Shown here in pieces: positions 10,104-19,273 of a stretch of DNA of 64,000 bases (position 1 is its first letter; each line of letters begins with the position of its first letter). A program made the position numbers and the translations under genes. The notes under the pieces were generated by a model. That model was not told the DNA's origin. It did not search any database and was given only the letters and a program-made list of their open reading frames with translations. Source of the DNA: an uncultured Gammaproteobacteria bacterium (GTDB lineage: Bacteria > Patescibacteriota > Microgenomatia > JAMCZE01); contig CAZSSJ010000002.1 of NCBI GenBank assembly GCA_964609775.1, positions 19,260 to 83,259 of the forward strand, given 5' to 3'.

Positions 10104-11749
10104 CAGGGAAAATTGTCATGCTAATTCTTGCCTCAATCATTCTGCTAGGATTTCTTGTCCGCCTATACAGACTTGGCAATATTCCTAACGGCTTTTTCTT
10201 TGACGAAGCCACCATTTCCTACCAGGCATATAGTTTACTCCAGACGGGTAAAGATACCTGGGGAACTGACTTTCCTTTATTGTCATTTAGAGATTATGGA
10301 GAGTACATTTTGCCAATCGGCGTTTATGGTCAAATTCCTAGTCTATTAATTGGAGGGCTAAATGTCTTATCTGCTCGGTTTCCCCATGCTATTTTGGGAA
10401 TACTTAGTGTCCCATTAGTATATTTTTTAGCCAAAGAACTGTTTAAGAACACTAAAATTTCTCTTTTATCTTCATTTTTACTAACAATATCACCTCTTTC
10501 AATTGGTTGGACACGTTTTGTGTTCGAAGGTAATTTCGGGACAGTCCTTTTCTTGAGTGGGACACTTCTTTTCGCCAGGTCTTTAAAAAAGCCCCGACTT
10601 CTACCCTGGTCAATCCTTTCTTTTGGTCTGTCAGCCCTTTCCTATCACATATTTTTAATCCTCACTCCACTTTACTTTTGCCTGCTCTCTCTCCTGAATC
10701 GAAAATCCCCAAGTCTGATTGGACACATAAGACCCATAACTCTCATCATCGTTGTTTTCTTCCTCGCCTGGATCCTGGCTGCTATCGCCTCAGGCGCTGG
10801 TCGGCAGCGCTTTTCCCAAGCCTCAACTCTTCTTACACCTCAAAAAATTGACAACCTCAACCATCAAATTGGCTACTGTTCAAACCAAATGTCTCTCACC
10901 CTGTGCAAAGTATTTCTAAATAAGCCAGTCTTAGCAGCGACCAGCTACCTGGAAAACTACCTCGCCCACTTTTCGCCGGTCTTTTTAGGATTTGACGGGA
11001 CATTCCTTCGCCAAAATGTCTTGCCCAAGTCGGGAATACTTTTACCTGTGGAAATGGTCGGCTTTTTCGTGGGATTATTTTTTCTTGTCAGATCACCTAC
11101 TTCTTTAGCGAGCCGGATTTTATTACCGATAATCCTGATCTATCCCGTGGCTAATAGCTTCACTGGTCTGGGAGAAATCAGCCGGATTGCCTTTGCCAGC
11201 CCCTTTCTCTCGCTTGTCGCCGCCTATGGTTTGGTGCGAATCACCCAAACTTTCCGGGTGTTTAAGCCCCCGCTTTTTCTGGCTATTCTTTACAGCGTTG
11301 TCAGTTTCCTCATCACTTATTTTCTAATCTTCCCCAAAACTAACGCCTACTACACCAATTTTGGCTACGACAAAGTATTTTCTTGGGTGCGGGCCAATCA
11401 GTCTAAATATGACCGGATTTTTATCTCCCGCAACTATGCCGGTTCCGTTCCCTACATTTCTGCCCAATTTTTCCTGCCCATTGATCCGCAGATGTTTCAA
11501 AGGGGTCAAGTGGAGAGAAAAAAATCGCCTGAGGGTTATTATCAGATTGAATCCGTTGACCAGAAATTTCGATTTTTTCAAAATTTACACTCTGAAGCTC
11601 TTAAGCCAAATGATTTTGTTGTCGCCACCCCTGAGGACATTCAATCTTATGCGCTAACGCCGAAATTTACTATAATTGATCCCACGGGGAGAAAACTGCT
11701 CCTTGGCGTTGAAGCAAATGAAATTTTGGCAAAAACTGCTGTCCCTTAG
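10100..11749 (+). CDS. PMT_2/GT39-like (ArnT-like) GT-C glycosyltransferase
   Basis: ATGA overlap. N-terminal helix, then LYRLGNIPNGFFFDEATISYQAYSLLQTGKDTWG (loop-1 Asp-Glu motif). Polytopic core with a soluble C-terminal domain. Confidence 0.6.
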   Translation: MTGKIVMLILASIILLGFLVRLYRLGNIPNGFFFDEATISYQAYSLLQTGKDTWGTDFPLLSFRDYGEYILPIGVYGQIPSLLIGGLNVLSARFPHAILGILSVPLVYFLAKELFKNTKISLLSSFLLTISPLSIGWTRFVFEGNFGTVLFLSGTLLFARSLKKPRLLPWSILSFGLSALSYHIFLILTPLYFCLLSLLNRKSPSLIGHIRPITLIIVVFFLAWILAAIASGAGRQRFSQASTLLTPQKIDNLNHQIGYCSNQMSLTLCKVFLNKPVLAATSYLENYLAHFSPVFLGFDGTFLRQNVLPKSGILLPVEMVGFFVGLFFLVRSPTSLASRILLPIILIYPVANSFTGLGEISRIAFASPFLSLVAAYGLVRITQTFRVFKPPLFLAILYSVVSFLITYFLIFPKTNAYYTNFGYDKVFSWVRANQSKYDRIFISRNYAGSVPYISAQFFLPIDPQMFQRGQVERKKSPEGYYQIESVDQKFRFFQNLHSEALKPNDFVVATPEDIQSYALTPKFTIIDPTGRKLLLGVEANEILAKTAVP

Positions 11750-13454
11750 CCCTCTTGTTGTTCTCTTTATCGCCTCATTTTGGTCCTGGAAGCCGCTTCT
11801 GGCCTCCGGCTTTTTTACAATTCATGACAACCAGCAGATCGCCCGGCTGTTTGAATTAAATAAAGCTCTTCTTGCTGGTCAGTTTCCCGTTCGCTGGGTG
11901 CCGGATCTGGGTTTTAGCTTTGGCTACCCGCTCTTTAATTTCTATCCGCCCCTGATTTATTATCTCGGCGAACTCTTTCATCTGTTGCTCGGGACAGGAT
12001 TCATTGACTCAATTAAGATAGTTTGGTTCGTCGCCCTGGTGGGATCGGGGATTGCCATGTACTTCTTGGCGAAAGAGTACTTTGGCAGAGCAGGAGGACT
12101 CGTTGCCGCGATGTTTTATGTTTACGCTCCCTACCACGCCGTCGACGCCTACGTCCGCGGGTCTTTGGCCGAACTTTTTTCTTTTGTTTGGCTCCCCCTC
12201 ATCCTGCTGGCATTGTATAAAATTGTGACTTTGCCAATAAGCTACGATCGTTGGATTTTGGCAAGCGGTATTCTCCTTGGCCTGCTGATGATCACCCACA
12301 ACCTCATTTTTCTCCCTTTTGTGGGAATATCAGCCCTTTGGTATTTTGCTCTAGTATTAATTTATCGCCGTAACGAACCGGTCCGTTATACTTTATACTT
12401 TATACTTTATACAGCCCTTTGTTTCGCTCTATCAGCCTTTTTCTGGCTGCCGGCGCTGGCTGAAAAACAATTCACCCTCGTTGACCAACTCCTGATTAAG
12501 AATCTGGCTTCCTACCAAATCCATTTTGTCTGCCCGCAGCAGTTATGGAACAGTCCCTGGGGTTTTGGCGGTTCGACTGCAGGTTGTCTTGATGGCCTGT
12601 CATTCAAACTCGGCAAGCTGCACATCTTGGCAGCCATAGCCTCTTTCGGGGCTGTCGCCTACCTCTGGCTTAAAGCTCACAAAAAGCTAGCGTTAGTAAT
12701 TCTTATATCTTATTTCTTATTTTTTATATCCCTGTTCATGACTACTGACTATTCAAAAATTTTGTGGGACAATTTTCCCCCTCTTTGGTACCTTCAGTTC
12801 CCCTGGCGTTTTCTGGAATTTGCCACCCTTTTTGCCGCGCTAATTGCGGGGAGTATCTTGGCGTTGGTCAAAAATATCCCCCTTAAAATATTGGTTACCA
12901 TAACGCTAATTTCGGCAATTCTCTACATCGAAGCTAAAAACTTCGTTCCCCAAACCCACCTCTTCACTGACACAGACGACCAAGAAACTTCTGATGAGCA
13001 AATTAAGTGGGTCATCAGTTCAACTTCGTTTGAGTATCTCCCAAAAGAAGTTGCCACTAGAGTCACAGACCTCGGGACCGTTTGGGTCGATATTGATCGA
13101 TCAAAAATTCCCCCCCGAAAGTATCAAGTTCTCTCCGGAAACTTGCAAAGCACCGAGGAAATATTTCTTCCCCATCGTTTCAAACTCACTGGCCAATTTA
13201 CAAACGAGACGACAATTCAAATTAATGTGGCAAACTTTCCCGGGTGGGAAGTGTGGCTCGATGGTTCCGAAGCACGCATCAGGGATAACAATGCCTATAA
13301 ATTGATCACTATCAATGTCCCCCCAGGAAACCATACACTAACTGGGCAATTTACCAATACCTGGCCGAGGTCCCTAGGTAACACCATTTCCATCATTGCA
13401 CTCATCGCGTTAGCCCTTTACTTTGGAAAATATGGAATTAGAAGAAGTTCTTAA
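11718..13454 (+). CDS. PTPS-related-type polytopic membrane protein (GT-C candidate), paralog 2
   Basis: Start chosen at ATG 11718 (MKFWQKLLSLS). Motifs: HDNQQIARLFELNKALLAGQFPVRWVPDLGFSFGYPLFNFYPPLIYYLGE and C-terminal ANFPGWEVWLDGSE. Confidence 0.5.
   Translation: MKFWQKLLSLSPLVVLFIASFWSWKPLLASGFFTIHDNQQIARLFELNKALLAGQFPVRWVPDLGFSFGYPLFNFYPPLIYYLGELFHLLLGTGFIDSIKIVWFVALVGSGIAMYFLAKEYFGRAGGLVAAMFYVYAPYHAVDAYVRGSLAELFSFVWLPLILLALYKIVTLPISYDRWILASGILLGLLMITHNLIFLPFVGISALWYFALVLIYRRNEPVRYTLYFILYTALCFALSAFFWLPALAEKQFTLVDQLLIKNLASYQIHFVCPQQLWNSPWGFGGSTAGCLDGLSFKLGKLHILAAIASFGAVAYLWLKAHKKLALVILISYFLFFISLFMTTDYSKILWDNFPPLWYLQFPWRFLEFATLFAALIAGSILALVKNIPLKILVTITLISAILYIEAKNFVPQTHLFTDTDDQETSDEQIKWVISSTSFEYLPKEVATRVTDLGTVWVDIDRSKIPPRKYQVLSGNLQSTEEIFLPHRFKLTGQFTNETTIQINVANFPGWEVWLDGSEARIRDNNAYKLITINVPPGNHTLTGQFTNTWPRSLGNTISIIALIALALYFGKYGIRRSS
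12386..12412 (+). repeat. Heptanucleotide tandem repeat (TTATACT) x3 plus a 6-nt partial copy, inside a CDS
   Basis: Read directly: ttatact ttatact ttatact ttatac. It encodes YTLYFILYT. The unit length is not a multiple of 3. Confidence 0.9.
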
Positions 13455-14877
13455 TCGGACCGTAAAAAGCGTCATCGCGCTGACGAGCCGCAGCGTTGTC
13501 TTGCTGCTGATTCAGGCCGTGGCTTATTCTCTTCTCATCGCTTTTCTGGGAGCCCAGGAGATCGGCATTTTTATTGTCGTCTCGGCAATTTTGCGCGTCT
13601 TCACTTTCTTTACCGATTTGGGATTGGGCGCCGCCCTCATCCAGAAAAAAGAAAATTTAGACCAGGATGACCTGCGCTCTGCCTTTACTATTCAAACCGC
13701 ACTGGTCCTCATAATTATCGCCGTTGCCTTTGCGCTCACCCCGCTTGTCAGATCCTATGCCAATTTGGACCCGGCCGGAGTTTTTCTTTACCAGGTTCTC
13801 GCCTTCACTTTGCTCATTTCTTCCTTAAAAATGATCCCCTCGATTCTTCTGGAGAGGCAGCTGCGCTTTGAAAAACAAATCATTCCCCAAATCGTCGAGG
13901 CATTGGTATTCAACAGCTTGGTGGTCATTCTGGCGGCCAAACATTTTGGTGTCGCCTCCTATTCATGGGCCATTCTAGTTTCCTCTCTCGCCGGATTGCC
14001 CGTCTACTACCTAATTTCGCCGTGGAGAATTTCCCTGGGATTGTCGAAAGATGTGGCCAAACACCTCATTCGCTATGGCCTCCCTTTCCAAGGCAAGAGT
14101 GTCCTGGCGATAATAAAAGATGATCTTCTGGTCTTCTTTCTTTCCGGAATTGTTGGCACCGCCGGAATTGGCTACTGGGGGACGGCGCAAAAATTTGCCT
14201 ATTATCCCTTCCGTCTGCTCGTCGACACTCTCACTAAAGTCACTTTTCCCGCTTATTCGCGAATTCAACTGGAAAAAGAAGCCTTAAGAATTGGTATAGA
14301 AAAATCGCTACTTGCCGTCAGCCTCCTGCTCTTTCCGGTGCTCACCTTAATCGCCGTGCTGGCCCACAATCTTGTTTATTTAATCCCCAAATATCAAAAG
14401 TGGGAGCCGTCACTGCCTTCTCTCTATTTCCTCTGTGCGGGGGCGGCCGTCTCTGCCTTGTCAAACATTTTGGTGAACGCCCTTGACGCTACCGGACACG
14501 TCAAAACAACTCTGGGGTTGATGGTAATGTGGATAGTATTAACCTGGGTTGGAACTTTGGTCCTCGTAGCCAAGTTTGGTTTTACCGGAATAGCTATGGC
14601 CTCGTTCGTGGTCGCTCTCACCATTATTCTTACCATCTACTTGGTTAAACGGGTTGTCAATTTTCGCTTTTTGGGAAGTATCTTCAAGCCATTTTTGGGT
14701 TCCCTACTTATGGGGCTTTCGGTGTTTGCCCTCATTCAAGTTCTGCCAATCTCCTTCCCGGCTCTTCTTCTTGAAGGTATTGCTGGTGCTATAATTTATT
14801 TGGGTGCGATGTATCTGCTCGCCCGCAAGGAACTATTAGCGGATCTGAGAATCGTCATCAAAACTTTCAGAAAATGA
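13432..14877 (+). CDS. wzx: MOP-superfamily oligosaccharide/lipid-linked sugar flippase (Wzx-like)
   Basis: About 480 aa with 12 or more hydrophobic segments. Motifs typical of polysaccharide biosynthesis proteins (GLGAALIQ, YGLPFQG, VTFPAYSRIQ). ATG 13432; an alternative TTG lies at 13423. Confidence 0.65.
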   Translation: MELEEVLNRTVKSVIALTSRSVVLLLIQAVAYSLLIAFLGAQEIGIFIVVSAILRVFTFFTDLGLGAALIQKKENLDQDDLRSAFTIQTALVLIIIAVAFALTPLVRSYANLDPAGVFLYQVLAFTLLISSLKMIPSILLERQLRFEKQIIPQIVEALVFNSLVVILAAKHFGVASYSWAILVSSLAGLPVYYLISPWRISLGLSKDVAKHLIRYGLPFQGKSVLAIIKDDLLVFFLSGIVGTAGIGYWGTAQKFAYYPFRLLVDTLTKVTFPAYSRIQLEKEALRIGIEKSLLAVSLLLFPVLTLIAVLAHNLVYLIPKYQKWEPSLPSLYFLCAGAAVSALSNILVNALDATGHVKTTLGLMVMWIVLTWVGTLVLVAKFGFTGIAMASFVVALTIILTIYLVKRVVNFRFLGSIFKPFLGSLLMGLSVFALIQVLPISFPALLLEGIAGAIIYLGAMYLLARKELLADLRIVIKTFRK

Positions 14878-15767
14878 CAACAATTTCCTTCGCAATTGCG
14901 ACTCGTAATGAGGCTGATGACATTAAAGATTGCCTCGAATCGATCAAATGGGCTGATGAAATCGTCATTTTTGACGAAAAATCAATCGACAAAACGGTTG
15001 AGGTCGCCAAAAAATATACTTCTAAAATTTTCCTCATTGACCACGATCCGATGTTTCACCGCACTAAGCAAAAGGCAATCGATAAATGTGCCAGTGATTG
15101 GATTTTTCAAATTGACGCTGACGAAAGAGTCAGCCCCGACCTAAAAGATGAAATTCTCCAGACAATTAGTGGCGTCTCGTCGCTTCCCGGTTACCAACTC
15201 CCCCGCAAAAGCAGGATTTTTGGCAAATGGATGGAACACACCGGTTGGTACCCCGACTATCAGGTCAAGCTTTTCCAAAAGGGCAAGGGTCACTATCCCT
15301 GTCAGTCAGTTCACGAAATGATAACTATCGACGGTCAAATGGGAACTTTAACAAACGATCTTCTGCACGAACACTATTCCACTCTTGACTGGTATTTGAA
15401 TCGCCGGTTCGAATACACCAAAAACGACGCCGAAAACATCATCGCCCGCGGGGAAAAAATTGTTTGGTCAGATGCGATTAAATTCCCCGCCGACGAGTTC
15501 TTTAAACGATTTTTCTTTTGGCAAGGCTACAAAGACGGTCTGCATGGCTTAGTCCTCTCACTTTTGATGGCCTTTGACCGCTTAATCGTTTTTGCCCGCC
15601 TCTGGGAGCACCAAAAATTTTGGCAACATGACAGTGCTGATTTTCGAGGGGAAGTCATACACAAGACAAAAAAGGTGGCGCATGACTGGCACCATTGGCT
15701 GTCGCAAACTGCCACCAAACCCCACGAGAAAATCTTGCATAAGCTGAAAGCAAAATTTAATTTCTAA
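14874..15767 (+). CDS. GT2 glycosyltransferase (WaaE/KdtX-like subfamily)
   Basis: ATGA overlap. Motifs: ISFAIATRNEADDIKDCLESIKWADEIVIFDEKSIDKT and QIDADERVS (DxD). Paralogous to the genes at 18375 and 39213. Confidence 0.75.
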   Translation: MTTISFAIATRNEADDIKDCLESIKWADEIVIFDEKSIDKTVEVAKKYTSKIFLIDHDPMFHRTKQKAIDKCASDWIFQIDADERVSPDLKDEILQTISGVSSLPGYQLPRKSRIFGKWMEHTGWYPDYQVKLFQKGKGHYPCQSVHEMITIDGQMGTLTNDLLHEHYSTLDWYLNRRFEYTKNDAENIIARGEKIVWSDAIKFPADEFFKRFFFWQGYKDGLHGLVLSLLMAFDRLIVFARLWEHQKFWQHDSADFRGEVIHKTKKVAHDWHHWLSQTATKPHEKILHKLKAKFNF

Positions 15768-15770
15768 TCT

Positions 15771-16700
15771 ATGGAAAAAACTGAACTCTCAATTGCCACC
15801 ATTCTCCATAACGAGGAGGCGAACGTTGTCGAACTCCACCGGAGATTAAGCACGGTCCTAAAAACCCTCAATAAAACCCATGAAATTATTTTGGTAGATG
15901 ATGGCAGCACTGACAGGACACTTGATAAACTCAAGACGCTTCGCCAAAAGGACAGATCCATCAAAATCATCTCTCTCTCGCGAAACTTCGGTATCGAGGC
16001 CGCCGCCACTGCCGCCCTAGATCACACCAGCGGAGAAATGGTTGTTCTCATGGACGGCGACCTTCAGGACGCCCCGGAATTCATTCCCTCACTCCTGAAT
16101 AAAATTGGACAGGGCTACGACGTCGTCTACGCCCAGCACCCAAAGAGAAAAGACACCCTCGTGAAGCAAGCACTTTTTGGTAGCTTTTATCGGCTGATGG
16201 ACAAACTGGCCGACTATAAATTTCCCGTTGACGTGGGTCATTTTTCCGTGATGAGACGGCCGGTTGTCGACGTGTTGACGCAAATGACGGAAAGAAATCG
16301 GTTTATTGCCGGACTTCGGGCTTGGGTGGGCTTCAAACAAACAGGAATCCTGTATGAAAAACAGGCCAGGTTTGCCGGCAAACCACCACAAACATTTAAA
16401 AAGTTGCTCAAAATGGGCTTTGATGCTTTGTTTTCTTTCTCGTACATCCCACTTCGAGTTGCAACATTAATGGGTCTATTGGTCGCTATTGGAACAATTA
16501 TTGTGATCATTAACGTTTTGTATCAAAAATTCGTCGTCAACACTGCTATTATCGGATGGGCTGGACCCATGCTCTCAATATTGATCATCGGAGGTGTGCA
16601 ACTTTTCATTCTCGGCATAATCGGGGAATATTTAGCCAGAATCTATGATGAAGTCAAAAGGCGTCCCTACTATATCGTCTCTGAGAAAATTGGTTTCTAA
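15771..16700 (+). CDS. GT2 polyprenyl-phosphate sugar synthase (GtrB/ArnC/DPM1-like)
   Basis: Motifs: ILVDDGSTDRT and LMDGDLQDAPEFIP. Two C-terminal TM helices (LRVATLMGLLVAIGTIIVIINVLY; LSILIIGGVQLFILGIIGEYL) are typical of GtrB/ArnC architecture. Confidence 0.75.
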   Translation: MEKTELSIATILHNEEANVVELHRRLSTVLKTLNKTHEIILVDDGSTDRTLDKLKTLRQKDRSIKIISLSRNFGIEAAATAALDHTSGEMVVLMDGDLQDAPEFIPSLLNKIGQGYDVVYAQHPKRKDTLVKQALFGSFYRLMDKLADYKFPVDVGHFSVMRRPVVDVLTQMTERNRFIAGLRAWVGFKQTGILYEKQARFAGKPPQTFKKLLKMGFDALFSFSYIPLRVATLMGLLVAIGTIIVIINVLYQKFVVNTAIIGWAGPMLSILIIGGVQLFILGIIGEYLARIYDEVKRRPYYIVSEKIGF

Positions 16701-18378
16701 CGGGAGAGAGTTTGTCCCGCCGCTTGCCCCGGCAATATTCTTCACCCTGGTAGTCATCTACCTTCAGGGGGCAACAATTTTCCCCAGTGGTTTGTTTGAC
16801 AAAAGTGGCAACCTCATTTTCTATAATGATGTCCTCTTCCATGACAGCAATGTCCATCTTTCTTTAACGGGTGAACTCCTTCACCGTTTCCCCCCCACCA
16901 ATTTTGCTGCTTCCGGCGTACCTCTCAAAAACTATCATTATCTCTTTGACGTCTTTCTCGCCGTCATGCATAAATTAACGGCAATATCGGTTCTCGATCT
17001 TTATTTTCGCCTTGTCCCCGTAATTTTATCTTCTCTTTTATGTTTAGTCATTTATCAGTCTCTGATGGTCTTAACGAAAAAGCGTTGGGCCTGCGCTTTA
17101 GGGATCTTCTTTACGATTCTGGCAACCAGTTGGGGACCGCAGACGCCCTTCGTTAAAGACATCCTTGGCGCTTCGCCAGTGACCCCGGCCAGCAATCTTT
17201 TTATGACCGACCAGCTGCTAAGTATGCTTGTCAATCCCCAGGGTCAATTGTCCTTGATCGTCTTCCTCACTCTTTTTCTCTTGCTCCATCACTACGAACA
17301 CACAAAAAGAACTATCACGCTAGTTCTTTTTGCTTTGCTCCTGGGACTGTCGTTTGGGATCAAAGCCTATGGGGGAATCGTCTTTGCCCCAGCGGCAATC
17401 TTTAGTGCCGTCTACTTTATCATCCGCACCAGAGATCCAAAACCACTCCTCGCTGTCCTTTTTGGCTTTGCGATTATGGCTTCGTGGGTTGCCCTTACGA
17501 TTGATAGAGGCGTCGCCGGTTTGCAATTCGCCCCCTTCTGGCTGCTGGATCACATGATGACTGACCTGGATAAGCTCAACGAACCCCGTTTCTTGCTCCT
17601 CAAAGAACACTACACCCAGATGAGTAATTGGGCTCGTTTGTTTGTTCTAAATCTCTTTTCTCTAGCAATCTATGTCTTCGGCAGTTTGGGTTTGCGTCTC
17701 TTCGGTCTACTGGGCGTCATTTGGCTCATCAAGCAAAAGATGTCATCTCCCTCGCTCTTCTTTTTAATCACTGCCGCGGCGATCTCTTTTACCGTCCCTG
17801 TCCTTTTCAACCAATCGAAAAAAGCCTACGACACCGTCCAGTTTACCCCATACTTCACCCTCTTCATGGGCTTGATGTTCTCCGTAACCGTGTTTATCTT
17901 CCTAAAACATCTCCGGAAGCGCCGCATATTCAAAGCGATTTTTGCCGTGTCTGTTGTCACCTTAGTCATCCTTTTAAATCTCAGCGAAATTTCCATCCGA
18001 TTTCGACCAAGAGAAGAGAAAATAGTCATCCCTAACACCACACTCGAGGCGACTGAGTATGTCAGAACCGAAACCCCACCAAACGCCATTTTTCTGCTCG
18101 CTCCGACGGAGTTTAATCGCAGCTACCTCATCTTTTCCTCCTTGACACAAAGGCGGACGGCTTTTTCCGGACTGGATTTTGCCTACCAAGTGGGGCAGGA
18201 CACCCAACGCCTACGCACCCAGTGGGAGAGCTATTTTGCCGACGGGAAAGTGCCAGCTGACGTTGACTATCTATTTATTCCCGCCCCGGAAGAGGACGAT
18301 TTTGTTAGAATTAAAGAAAACTCCCGCTTCGTCACCGTCTTTGACAACAGCGCGGTAAAAATTCTTAAAAAAAGTTGA
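16645..18378 (+). CDS. Polytopic membrane protein, unassigned (possible distant PTPS-related/GT-C)
   Basis: 577-aa ORF overlapping upstream by 56 nt. Loop 1, HDSNVHLSLTGELLHRFPPTNFAASGVPLKNYHYL, echoes the HD...H...FP(V/P)R pattern of the genes at 8613, 11718 and 37536. The core is highly hydrophobic. Confidence 0.35.
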   Translation: MMKSKGVPTISSLRKLVSNGREFVPPLAPAIFFTLVVIYLQGATIFPSGLFDKSGNLIFYNDVLFHDSNVHLSLTGELLHRFPPTNFAASGVPLKNYHYLFDVFLAVMHKLTAISVLDLYFRLVPVILSSLLCLVIYQSLMVLTKKRWACALGIFFTILATSWGPQTPFVKDILGASPVTPASNLFMTDQLLSMLVNPQGQLSLIVFLTLFLLLHHYEHTKRTITLVLFALLLGLSFGIKAYGGIVFAPAAIFSAVYFIIRTRDPKPLLAVLFGFAIMASWVALTIDRGVAGLQFAPFWLLDHMMTDLDKLNEPRFLLLKEHYTQMSNWARLFVLNLFSLAIYVFGSLGLRLFGLLGVIWLIKQKMSSPSLFFLITAAAISFTVPVLFNQSKKAYDTVQFTPYFTLFMGLMFSVTVFIFLKHLRKRRIFKAIFAVSVVTLVILLNLSEISIRFRPREEKIVIPNTTLEATEYVRTETPPNAIFLLAPTEFNRSYLIFSSLTQRRTAFSGLDFAYQVGQDTQRLRTQWESYFADGKVPADVDYLFIPAPEEDDFVRIKENSRFVTVFDNSAVKILKKS

Positions 18379-19187
18379 CTATGGTTTCAGCTATTGTTTT
18401 TATATTTTGGCCCGAAGAGGAAGATCATTTTGAAGTCTGCTTAAAAACTTTGTCATGGGTTGATGAAATTATCGTCATTGATAATGGGGCTTCAAAGAAA
18501 ACATCTAACCTTGCCAAAAAATATCATGGTCGAATTATTAAAACTGATTCAAAAAGTTTTGCCCAAAGACATAATCTTGGTGCAAATGAAGCAAAAGGGG
18601 ACTGGCTATTATTTATCGACGCCGATGAACGGATATCCAAGGATCTTCAGCAAGAGATTGCCCGAGAAATTGTTCACCCGACAGCTGACGCCTACGAGTT
18701 AAACAGAATCAATTTTTATCTTGGTAAGAAGGTTCGGTTTGGAGACCGATACCCAGACTACGTTGCTAGATTGTTTTATAAAACAAAACTTAAAGAATGG
18801 ACCGGTGATATCCATGAATCTTCGGTTGTGAGTGGCACAACGGGTCGACTGTCAGCTCCTCTATATCACCTAACTCACCGTGACATATTTTTGATGATAG
18901 ATAAAACAAAAAACTATGCTGAGATTGAAGCCAAACTCAGACTGGAATCTCACCATCCACCGGTTGTTGGTTGGCGTCTGGTGCGAGTTTTTCTGACCGA
19001 ACTCTATAATCGCATCATTAAACTTCAAGGTTTCAGGCAGGGGACAGAGGGTTGGATTGACGGCCTCTTTCAAGCCTTTTCCCTGTTTATCGTCTATGCC
19101 CGACTTTGGGAAAAGCAAAGAAAGCCTGATTTAGAAGAAACCTACCGGCAACTTGACCAAAAAATTTTGACGGGAGAAGAACTATAA
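18375..19187 (+). CDS. GT2 glycosyltransferase (WaaE/KdtX-like subfamily)
   Basis: TTGA overlap (alternative ATG at 18381). Motifs: LSWVDEIIVIDNGASKKT and FIDADERIS. C-terminal GFRQGTEGWIDGLFQAF parallels the paralogs. Confidence 0.75.
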   Translation: MTMVSAIVFIFWPEEEDHFEVCLKTLSWVDEIIVIDNGASKKTSNLAKKYHGRIIKTDSKSFAQRHNLGANEAKGDWLLFIDADERISKDLQQEIAREIVHPTADAYELNRINFYLGKKVRFGDRYPDYVARLFYKTKLKEWTGDIHESSVVSGTTGRLSAPLYHLTHRDIFLMIDKTKNYAEIEAKLRLESHHPPVVGWRLVRVFLTELYNRIIKLQGFRQGTEGWIDGLFQAFSLFIVYARLWEKQRKPDLEETYRQLDQKILTGEEL

Positions 19188-19273
19188 TCATCATCTTCGA
19201 ATTTGCAACAGTTTTGATGATTAATACACATCGAAATGCGGTGAACGCATAATATTTACCTTATGATGGGTAT

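Noticed and set aside
19187-19221. Inverted repeat ATCATCA...TGATGAT in the 86-bp gap before the GT4 gene at 19274, considered as a terminator. TTGCAA, TTGATG and TAATAT hexamers there were considered as a promoter.
   Set aside because: The stem is 7 bp, AT-rich, and has a 21-nt loop with no U tract. None of the -35/-10 hexamer pairs has acceptable (16-18 nt) spacing. The gap may still be a sub-operon boundary, but I cannot support a specific element.
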